NCBI GenBank assembly: GCA_038883855.1
Contig: JAVZLH010000009.1
Location: 1-40,139 of the forward strand
Source: Candidatus Bathyarchaeia archaeon
Lineage (GTDB): Archaea; Thermoproteota; Bathyarchaeia; Bathyarchaeales; Bathycorpusculaceae
Reading direction: 5' to 3'
DNA length: 40,139 nucleotides
Shown here: in pieces, positions 9,684 to 17,313 of the stretch
Position numbering within the stretch: the first letter of the stretch is position 1
Layout: every line of letters begins with the position of its first letter
Made by a program: the position numbers and the translations under genes
Notes under the pieces: generated by a model
Told to the model about the DNA's origin: nothing
Seen by the model: only the letters and a program-made list of their open reading frames with translations
Databases searched by the model: none

Positions 9684-11305
9684 AACTCTGGTTTGGGCTT
9701 CCCCAATTTTCTATCCAAACACGCCTTAACAAAACCGTAGTATTCAGGGTCTGGTCTTCCTGGGCGACTTTTGAATTCGCCGTGGAATTGTGAGGCAAAA
9801 AAGAAGTAGTGGTCTGGGAGTTCCAGAATCTCCATTCTTCTTCCATCTGTGCTCTTTCCAGAAAAAACTATGCCGTGTTCCTTTAACGTCTTCAAATAGT
9901 CAAGGTTAACTTCAAACCTGTGGCGGTGGCGCTCAAAAATTTCGCTACTCTTATAAAGCGTATAAGCTAAAGTGTTTGGCTCAACCAAAATTTTGTGCGC
10001 TCCCAAACGCATAGTAGCCCCCTTATACTCTATATCACGTTGTTCCGGCATTAAGTCAATGACTGGATGAGGCGTATTAGGGTCTATTTCTTTGCTGTTT
10101 GCTTCCTTTAAGCCACAGACGTTTCGTGCAAACTCGATTACTGCAAGCTGGAAGCCGTAGCATATCCCCAAAAAAGGAATATCGTTTTCTCTCGCGAAGC
10201 GAATCGCCATCATTTTTCCTTCGGTGCCCCTTGGACCAAAACCATATGGAACGAATATTCCGTCAAAACCCTTCAGAGTCTCTATTTTTTCCGGATTTTT
10301 TTCAAATTCTTCAGCCTCTATGTAAGTAATGTTAATTTTTGTTTTGCACGCTGCTCCTCCATGGCGTAGGGCCTCGTTCATGCTGACGTAGCTGTCTGCT
10401 AACCCAGCATACTTACCGACTAAGGCAATTTTCACCTCGTGTTCTGGGTTTAAAACTGCATCTACAAACTTCTTCCATTCCTTGAAGTCTTGTTTTCGCT
10501 CTGAAAAGCCTAGTCGTTTACATATGAAGTCTCCCATTCCCTGTTCGTCCAAAATTAAAGGAACCTGGTAGATGGATTCGACGTTGTAGGAGCAGAAGAC
10601 GGCGTTTTCGGGAATTGTTCCGAACAAGGCAATTTTCCTTAAGGCTTCAGCATCTATCATTTTTGGGCTTCTGGCAACTATTATGTCTGGTTGAATGCCA
10701 ATGCGTCGCAGTTCATTTACGCTATGCTGCAACGGCTTAGTTTTCAACTCTTTTGTAACATCCAAAACTGGAACCAAAGCCACATGCACGTACAACGTGT
10801 TCTCAAAGCCCTCTTCTAGGCGCATTTGGCGAATAGCCTCGAGGAAGGGTAAGCCTTCAATGTCGCCGACTGTGCCGCCGACTTCTGTTAAGACAACATC
10901 AACGTTAGAAGCTTTTGCAACCGCCCGAATGCGGCTTTTAATTTCGTTTGTAACATGCGGCACAATTTGAACGCATCTTCCTAAGAAGTCGCCGCGTCTT
11001 TCTTTTTCAATAACTGCCTTATAAACCAAGCCAGTTGTGATGTTGTTTTCCTTCCGCAAGTTCAAGTCAAGAAAACGTTCATACCAGCCCAAATCAAGGT
11101 CTGTTTCTCCCCCGTCGTCCGTCACGTAGACTTCTCCATGCATGTAAGGGTTCATTGTTCCAGCGTCAATATTCACGTAAGGGTCAATTTTTATGGCTGT
11201 AACTTTCAAGCCTCTCGTTTGAAGCATCTTCCCGATGGAGGAAGTTAAAATTCCCTTACCAACAGAGCTTAACACGCCGCCCGTTACAAAAATATACTTA
11301 ACCAT
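9677..11305 (-). CDS. pyrG: CTP synthase
   Basis: KYIFVTGGVLSSVGKG, DLDLGWYERF, GICYGFQ, ERHRHRFEVN, QFHGEF; ATG at 11305 preferred. Confidence 0.98.
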   Translation of the reverse strand: MVKYIFVTGGVLSSVGKGILTSSIGKMLQTRGLKVTAIKIDPYVNIDAGTMNPYMHGEVYVTDDGGETDLDLGWYERFLDLNLRKENNITTGLVYKAVIEKERRGDFLGRCVQIVPHVTNEIKSRIRAVAKASNVDVVLTEVGGTVGDIEGLPFLEAIRQMRLEEGFENTLYVHVALVPVLDVTKELKTKPLQHSVNELRRIGIQPDIIVARSPKMIDAEALRKIALFGTIPENAVFCSYNVESIYQVPLILDEQGMGDFICKRLGFSERKQDFKEWKKFVDAVLNPEHEVKIALVGKYAGLADSYVSMNEALRHGGAACKTKINITYIEAEEFEKNPEKIETLKGFDGIFVPYGFGPRGTEGKMMAIRFARENDIPFLGICYGFQLAVIEFARNVCGLKEANSKEIDPNTPHPVIDLMPEQRDIEYKGATMRLGAHKILVEPNTLAYTLYKSSEIFERHRHRFEVNLDYLKTLKEHGIVFSGKSTDGRRMEILELPDHYFFFASQFHGEFKSRPGRPDPEYYGFVKACLDRKLGKPKPEFQ

Positions 11306-11392
11306 TCCAGTTTTGCCTCGCAATAACCTAAACCTCTCAAACAGTATTAATATAACTTTTTTCCACCCACTATTTAGCTAAGGAGCGCAGAC

Positions 11393-12022
11393 ATGAACAT
11401 TCGCAAGAGCCCAAGCGTTGTTTACTGGCTTGGAAATACGCTTTACCTTAACATAACGAACAAATGCCACAACAACTGCTACTTCTGCCTAAGAAATTTC
11501 ATGAACGGCGTCAGCGGCTTCAACCTCAAACTCCAGAAAGAACCATCCGTTGACGACGTGATAAGAGAGCTTCAAAATTTTATAAACTTGAAAAATTGGA
11601 GGGAAATAGTCTTCTGCGGTTTCGGCGAACCTACGGAAAGGCTTGACTGTTTATTGGAAGTAACGCGTTGGATAAAGCGGTATTATGGAAAAATTGTTGA
11701 CGTAAGGTTAGACACAAACGGTCAATGTTTCCTTTTAAATGAAAATCGAGATGTCTTGAGAGAACTAAAAGAGGCTGGAATAAACAGAATAAGCGTAAGC
11801 CTAAACGCCCATAATAAGGAAACATATAACCAAATATGCCGCCCAGCCTTCAACAACGCCTTCGAAAGTATTCTAGATTTTGTTAGGAAGGTGAAGGAAA
11901 ACTTTGATGTTGAAATAACGGCTGTCGCCCTTCCAGAAGTTGACATTGCGAAAGTGGAGGAAATTTCGCGGGAATTTGGAGTGCGGTTTAGGCTAAGGGA
12001 ATACATAGGCGGCTTCTGGTAA
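11393..12022 (+). CDS. Radical SAM protein, TatD-associated type
   Basis: LYLNITNKCHNNCYFC (CxxxCxxC), EIVFCGFGEPT, RLDTNG. Confidence 0.85.
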   Translation: MNIRKSPSVVYWLGNTLYLNITNKCHNNCYFCLRNFMNGVSGFNLKLQKEPSVDDVIRELQNFINLKNWREIVFCGFGEPTERLDCLLEVTRWIKRYYGKIVDVRLDTNGQCFLLNENRDVLRELKEAGINRISVSLNAHNKETYNQICRPAFNNAFESILDFVRKVKENFDVEITAVALPEVDIAKVEEISREFGVRFRLREYIGGFW

Positions 12023-12031
12023 CGTGTACCC

Positions 12032-12374
12032 TTATTGTGAACTTTCAGCTTGGTTTATAACAGATTCTATCTGCTCGCTACTGAGCGGTAGCCCGTGAAG
12101 AAATTTTCCACGAGCATTAATATCCTTCAAAACAGTTTCCTTTAGCGGTAACGCTTTCTCAAACTCCTTAACATATTTGAATTCAATAGCGGCTTTCCAA
12201 CCATTCCTTTCGCATTCACGTCTCTCCTCTTCAGAAAGTTCATCTAAACCGTAGGTGTTGCCAATGACCCCGTACCCAATGATGGAATCTCCGACGCTGG
12301 TTTTGTGCACAAAGAGTATGGTTAACCCACTGTTTTGTTGCTATCCTTAAAATGTAACCAGCTCTTTCCCCCAT
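12032..12374 (-). pseudogene. Frameshifted hypothetical gene (EVE/PUA-like)
   Basis: ATG at 12374 gives MGERAGYILRIATKQWVNH, then the coherent frame TILFVHKTSVGDSIIGYG... continues only after a frame change near 12320. Confidence 0.5.
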
Positions 12375-12392
12375 AAAGCCCCATAGCATATT

Positions 12393-13421
12393 TTAGGGGT
12401 TTATGGCTATTTTAATTTCACTCTTTGAAGTGGCGAGAACTTCAAAAGCCTCTTTGATTTCGCTAAGCCTCATCTTCCTAGTTACTAGCGGTCTAACATC
12501 CACCGTTCTCGAAGAGATTAGGCTGAGGGCTTTTCTAAAATGCAGCGGAGTAGTGTGGAAAGCGCCTAGAAGCGTTAACTCTCCATAATGAAGAGTTTCC
12601 GCGTTAACCTTAATTTCCGTGCCTGGCGGGCATCCGCCAAATTCGAGAACTGTTCCGCCTTTTCTGGCAAGTTTTATGGCTTGTTCCCATGTGGAAGGCA
12701 ATCCTATGGCTTCAATCACTACATCAGCACCGTATCCCTTCGTTAACCATTTAACACCTTCCAAGACATCTGCTTTGCCCGCATTAATGACTTCGTCCGC
12801 TCCAAGTTTTGCCGCAAAGTTCAGTCGCTCATCTATAAGGTCTATTACTATGGCTTTTTCTACGCCCATTTTCTTAACCGTTAACAAGTGCAACAGTCCA
12901 ATCGGTCCAGCACCTATAATCGCGACGGTGTCGCCAAGCTTCACGCGCGCTTCTTCCACACCATGAAGCACGCAAGCCAATGGTTCAGTTATGGCTGCTT
13001 CTTCATAAGAGACATGGGGTGGAATTTCCTGCATGTTAACTAAAACCATGCGGGCTGGAACTTTTATGTATTCGGCGTATGCACCCCAAAGCCAAATCAT
13101 ATCCTCGCAAAGGTTATACTTTCCTTTCTGGCACATGACGCAGCGCAAACACGGCGCACTGTTACCAGCGCGAACACGCATGCCTTTCTTTGGCCATTCA
13201 AGTCCTTCTCCAACTTCGACAACTTCACCAGCCCACTCATGTCCAAAAATCGTTGGAAGTTTTATCACTTTTTCAACGTAGCCTCTCTGGTATATTTTGA
13301 GGTCTGTTCCACAAGTTGTTGCCGCCTTGACCTTTACAAGAACTTCTCCAGTGTCGACTTTTGGAATTTCAACATCTTCAATTCTCAAGTCCTTTACGCC
13401 ATAGAGCATTGCCGCCTTCAT
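12393..13421 (-). CDS. Zn-dependent alcohol/polyol dehydrogenase (MDR family)
   Basis: TCGTD, GHE, CxxCxxCx7C, GAGPIG. Confidence 0.92.
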   Translation of the reverse strand: MKAAMLYGVKDLRIEDVEIPKVDTGEVLVKVKAATTCGTDLKIYQRGYVEKVIKLPTIFGHEWAGEVVEVGEGLEWPKKGMRVRAGNSAPCLRCVMCQKGKYNLCEDMIWLWGAYAEYIKVPARMVLVNMQEIPPHVSYEEAAITEPLACVLHGVEEARVKLGDTVAIIGAGPIGLLHLLTVKKMGVEKAIVIDLIDERLNFAAKLGADEVINAGKADVLEGVKWLTKGYGADVVIEAIGLPSTWEQAIKLARKGGTVLEFGGCPPGTEIKVNAETLHYGELTLLGAFHTTPLHFRKALSLISSRTVDVRPLVTRKMRLSEIKEAFEVLATSKSEIKIAINP

Positions 13422-13427
13422 CTTTCA

Positions 13428-14453
13428 TCACTCATTGAAAACAATAACTTTCAAGCTTTCTTTATTTTCCAGGGCTGTTTTAAACGCTTTCGCCGCGTCT
13501 AAAAGCCTAAAACGATGCGTTATAAGCCCCTCAAGATTAAGCTTTCCAGACTTCATAAGTTCTAGCGCTTCTCTGGTTTCTATGTGCGAAGTTGAGTAGG
13601 AAGGAATTAAGCGGATTTCGGAAAAGAAAAGTTCTTTCGGGCTTATCTGCAAATGTTCTCCGGGCTTGGTTGGCGCGAAGATGCATAGCGTTCCGCCTTT
13701 GCGGCAAGCTTTCAACCCCATTTTGTAAGCTTCTAAGTTTGGTGCGGTGACAACTGCCACGTCAACACCTCTTCCATCAGTTTCCGCCACAACAACCTCG
13801 GATAAATTGTCTTTTGCAATGTTGACGGTGACATCTGCGCCAAATTTCCGCGCCATATCCAACCGAAAATCAACTAGGTCGCACACAATGGTTTTTCCTA
13901 CACCAAAAATTTTTGAGAGGGCAGTGTGGATTACGCCTGTTGCCCCCGCGCCTATAATGGCTATTGAATCTTCCTTTTTGATGTTGCATTTTTTGAGCGC
14001 CCGCAGACAACAGCCAACAGGCTCTATTAAAGTGGCTTCCTCAAACGATAAGGCGTCTGGAATCTTCAAAGTATCTAATTGAAGGTTTGGGGCTGGAACT
14101 CTGAAGTATTCTGCGAAACCGCCCGGCTCAATATTTGTTTCGTGAAATTGGCTGCAAAGCGTGTAATCGCCGTGCATGCAGTAGTGGCATTTTAGGCATG
14201 CAACATGATGATGCACAAAAACTCTGTCGCCGACATCGAACTCTTTGACTTTGCCTCCCTTTTCAACAATTACCCCGGTGGGTTCGTGACCTAAAACGAG
14301 CGGCGCTCGACTTTTAAGGTACCATTCCATTAGATCTGAGCCGCAGACTCCGCAAGCTTTCATTTTTACAAGGGCTTCTTTTTCGCCTATTTTTGGAATG
14401 GATTTTTCCTCAATTCGTATGTCGTTTAGGCCGTGGTACATGGCGACCTTCAT
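13428..14453 (-). CDS. Zn-dependent alcohol/polyol dehydrogenase (MDR family), tandem paralog
   Basis: VCGSD, GHE, CxxCxxCx7C, GAGATG. Confidence 0.92.
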   Translation of the reverse strand: MKVAMYHGLNDIRIEEKSIPKIGEKEALVKMKACGVCGSDLMEWYLKSRAPLVLGHEPTGVIVEKGGKVKEFDVGDRVFVHHHVACLKCHYCMHGDYTLCSQFHETNIEPGGFAEYFRVPAPNLQLDTLKIPDALSFEEATLIEPVGCCLRALKKCNIKKEDSIAIIGAGATGVIHTALSKIFGVGKTIVCDLVDFRLDMARKFGADVTVNIAKDNLSEVVVAETDGRGVDVAVVTAPNLEAYKMGLKACRKGGTLCIFAPTKPGEHLQISPKELFFSEIRLIPSYSTSHIETREALELMKSGKLNLEGLITHRFRLLDAAKAFKTALENKESLKVIVFNE

Positions 14454-14546
14454 TTTGGGTCAATGATTCTTGCTTTGCTATGCACTTAAGACTTTCCAGA
14501 AGCAGCCGACCAGCATATGCTTTTTATCCCAAACCCAAAAAAGAAC

Positions 14547-14924
14547 TTAAAATAACTTTACTTTTCCTATATCTAAATCCCATAGTGATTCGGTTTTTCT
14601 CTTTTTCCTACGCTTGTGCTCTTTTGACTTTCTGGCTTTTTTAGGCTTTACCGCTACAAGTTTCCGCTTTTTAACCATAAACCCAAATTCGTCCTCTTCT
14701 TTTACAACTTTCCACTTATGAAACTTGCTATGACAATTTGGACACACAACAATGATGTTTGAAGGATTGTTATTTTTGGGATTGCCGTCTTTATGGTGGA
14801 AGTGAGGTTTAACGCCCTCATCATGAAAGTCTAATCCGCAGTTTTCGCATTTTCCCTTACATCTTAAAAGTAGTTCAGTTCTAAGACTTCTAGGAATAGG
14901 CTCTCTTCGAGGTTCATCATATTC
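14547..14924 (-). pseudogene. HNH endonuclease, 5'-truncated
   Basis: Frame extends upstream of the track ORF: REPIPRSLRTELLLRCKGKCENCG...HFHHKDGNPKNNNPSNIIVVCPNCH; no start codon before the HNH core, in-frame TGA at 14925-14927. Confidence 0.8.
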
Positions 14925-15251
14925 TCATATTCGTATAGTCTATCAACTGTGATGGAGATTTTGAACCATTATTCGCTTCACGGTTTAAACTCTGAATCCA
15001 TTAAACTTAGCCTTCCAGAAAAAGAGGTTGACATTGAGCTTCCCAAAGAAATTGCAGACAAACTTAACCCCATAGCCGTAAAAATTGGAGAACAATTCGA
15101 CCTTTACGGAATCAGAGCGAAAATAAACCTTAGAAGCCTCTTAAAGGCTCTAGCCTACCGCAATGAGAAAGAAGCGGTTTCTGAAGCCGAATTCAAAGAA
15201 TTTCTCGAGTTAACCGACTTCATGAACTTCCGCTTTAACCCATTGAGGTGA
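14901..15251 (+). pseudogene. C-terminal fragment of an AAA+/MCM-like ATPase
   Basis: Frame upstream of 14949 reads LSSRFIIFSYSYS (SRF arginine-finger-like); YGIRAKINLRSLLKALA resembles sensor-2/lid; Walker A/B absent. Confidence 0.55.
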
Positions 15252-15257
15252 TGTAAA

Positions 15258-15413
15258 ATGAGCATGGAAAACGCTTTGGCTTTGAGCATTAAAGCCTTCG
15301 AGAAAGTGAGACCCACATCAGCAAAGAAAAGAGAAACGCTAGCCGACTTCTTGAAGGATGTCGAGTTTTGGCTTTATGAGAAGCGGAAGGGGAAGGTGGT
15401 TTGTCATGGCTAG
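15258..15413 (+). CDS. Small hypothetical protein (51 aa)
   Basis: GAGGTGA Shine-Dalgarno at 15245-15251; MSMENALALSIKAFEK...; stop overlaps the next start region. Confidence 0.55.
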   Translation: MSMENALALSIKAFEKVRPTSAKKRETLADFLKDVEFWLYEKRKGKVVCHG

Positions 15414-15762
15414 GAAGCTGGGCGATTATAGAATGCCTTCTGAAACAAAGAAGATAGCTGTCTATGGGCAGGGTAGAATCAAAGTTCCCGTGAAACAAAG
15501 ATATTGGATTAAAAGGAAGGATGGAATTAAGCAACGCTACTGGAAAAAGACTCGTAAAGTTAAATGGGTTGACGTTGACAATGTAAGGTTTGAGTTTTAT
15601 GGAACTGGCAAAGAGATTTATAAAGCTGTCAGAAGAGCTTTGAAGCCAGAAGACCCACGCATTCCTAAGGGTTTTGTTTCGGTTTCCGCTACTAAGTTCC
15701 TTGAAAACGTTGATAAATACAGCTTTGAAGGTGAGTGGATTGAGAAAGAGGTCGGTTACTGA
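15406..15762 (+). CDS. Basic hypothetical protein with duplicated KQRYW motif
   Basis: GGAAGGTGG upstream of ATG 15406; VKQRYWIKRKDGIKQRYWKK. Confidence 0.7.
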   Translation: MARKLGDYRMPSETKKIAVYGQGRIKVPVKQRYWIKRKDGIKQRYWKKTRKVKWVDVDNVRFEFYGTGKEIYKAVRRALKPEDPRIPKGFVSVSATKFLENVDKYSFEGEWIEKEVGY

Positions 15763-16228
15763 AAACAACAGCTTACGTTGTATTATAGGGTTGACCGATA
15801 GAAACACAGTCAAATTAGACTTCGACGACACGCCTTTCCAGACCGTCAAATACTGGGCTATGCGAACAATGAGGTGGTTTAAGCTGAAGGGCTTCATTAT
15901 TCTTAAAAGTTCAAAGAACAGCTATCATGTGGTTTTCGACAAAAAGGTTTCATGGAGAAAGAACGTTCATATTATGGCTTGGGTTTGTCTGCTATCAAAA
16001 CATAAAAAGCTCACGGGATGGTTTATCATGCAATGCATTAAGGAAGGTTCGACTCTTAGACTTTCAATGAAAAACAAGAAGCCCGAACCAAGAATAGTCT
16101 ATCGTTATGGCTCTCAAGATGGACAAATAGCTGAGTTTCTAGCCTACCGTTCATTCATAAAGGGAATGATTCGCAAACTCCAAAAAGAATGTGCCAAACC
16201 CCAAATAGAAGCTAAGGTGTCCGCATGA
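15740..16228 (+). CDS. Small AEP (archaeo-eukaryotic primase) superfamily-like protein
   Basis: VKLDFDD (motif I DxD), KSSKNSYHVVF (motif II SxxxxH), STLRLS; TTG at 15740 after AGGTGA. Confidence 0.6.
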   Translation: MRKRSVTENNSLRCIIGLTDRNTVKLDFDDTPFQTVKYWAMRTMRWFKLKGFIILKSSKNSYHVVFDKKVSWRKNVHIMAWVCLLSKHKKLTGWFIMQCIKEGSTLRLSMKNKKPEPRIVYRYGSQDGQIAEFLAYRSFIKGMIRKLQKECAKPQIEAKVSA

Positions 16229-16380
16229 AAAAGAAAGAGAGAAGCTGGCTGGAATACTGTAAAACCAAAAATTTATGTCCATATTTAGGCATACATCAAA
16301 AAGAAGCTTTAAAAGAGCTGGACATGGCTGTTTGCCCCCATTGTGGTTTATGTCCTTATTTTCAAAGCGAATTAGAATAA
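16225..16380 (+). CDS. Small Cys-rich protein (51 aa)
   Basis: ATGA coupling with the previous stop; YC...LCPY...VCPHCGLCPYF. Confidence 0.55.
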   Translation: MKKKERSWLEYCKTKNLCPYLGIHQKEALKELDMAVCPHCGLCPYFQSELE

Positions 16381-16470
16381 CTCAGACCAAAACGCAAAAT
16401 GAAAAATGAAAAGCAACAAGCTAAAAAATTAACTGAAATTCAAAACATAATTCAAAACTGTTTTTAACGC

Positions 16471-16575
16471 AATGGGAATTTCTCAAAGTTCATGGAAATA
16501 ACAAAATTCCCATTTCAGAACTCATGGAAATTTCCAAATTAAACAGCAAAATTCCCATGAAAATCCATGGGAATA
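16471..16575. repeat. Six copies of an ATGG(G/A)AA motif in both orientations (iteron/operator-like)
   Basis: Copies near 16471(+), 16491(+), 16504(-), 16523(+), 16549(-), 16566(+); includes perfect 11-bp and 9-bp inverted pairs. Confidence 0.8.
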
Positions 16576-16754
16576 ATTTCAAAACAAAAACATTACAAAA
16601 ACCATTAAAAAACAAAACATTAAGAAACAAAACCGTAAAGAAACAACCCCCTTTCAAAACCACAAACCTTCTCAAAAGGGTGTGTGTTGGGTTTTGGGGA
16701 TAAAATTTTTAAGATTTTTCAAAAAGGTTAAAGCCTTTATATAGATAAAATAAA

Positions 16755-17297
16755 ATGATTACGATCATGGAGCCAAAACTTGATGATAAAGATTTGGCGA
16801 TTCTACGCATCATACAAAGCGATTGCAAACTCACCGCGAAACAAATCGCCAGAAAAATCAACTCGCCAATAACAACTGTTTTTGCAAAAATTAAACGCAT
16901 GGAAGAACTAGGAATAATAAAAGCTTACAGAGCAGTATTAGACCCGCAGAAGCTAAATTGTGGAACAACAGCCTTCATTCTTGCTTCTGTCACATACGGA
17001 ACAAAAGATGATGGAACACGGTTTTCGCAGAGGGGCATCGCTGAAGAAATCGCTAAATTTCCCGAGGTTCAAGAAGTTCACATAATAACGGGTGACTGGG
17101 ATCTTCTGATAAAGGTTAAGGCTGAAAACGTTGACAGAATAGGAAAGTTTGTTGTTGACAAGCTTAGGCTTGTTAAGGGAATAGAGAAAACTCTCACATG
17201 TATGGTTTTCGAAACGACAAAGGAAACCACCGAAATAGCTATTGAAAATAGAAAGAGTCAAGTAAAAGTTGTCAACAAACAATTAGGAAAAAGCTAG
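16755..17297 (+). CDS. Lrp/AsnC family transcriptional regulator
   Basis: LDDKDLAILRIIQ HTH; VQEVHIITGDWDLLIKV RAM domain. Confidence 0.93.
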   Translation: MITIMEPKLDDKDLAILRIIQSDCKLTAKQIARKINSPITTVFAKIKRMEELGIIKAYRAVLDPQKLNCGTTAFILASVTYGTKDDGTRFSQRGIAEEIAKFPEVQEVHIITGDWDLLIKVKAENVDRIGKFVVDKLRLVKGIEKTLTCMVFETTKETTEIAIENRKSQVKVVNKQLGKS

Positions 17298-17313
17298 AGG
17301 GAACCATGGAAAA

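Larger units (their letters stand above)
14521..16711. mobile_element. Internally deleted integrated element (plasmid/provirus-like remnant)
   Basis: Imperfect inverted ends 14522-14538 and 16687-16705; TTTTTA at both junctions; HNH, AAA+-like, AEP-like and small ORFs; repeat cluster near the right end. Confidence 0.65.

Noticed and set aside
15289-15897. 202-aa minus-strand ORF in the element
   Set aside because: Antisense to three plus-strand ORFs that have SD sites and translational coupling
16471-16660. Possible CRISPR array
   Set aside because: Units are about 10 bp, in mixed orientation and irregularly spaced; no cas genes
14521-16711. Casposon interpretation from the GGGGATA end motif
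   Set aside because: Motif reads outward rather than inward; no cas1 or PolB remnant and no long target-site duplication seen
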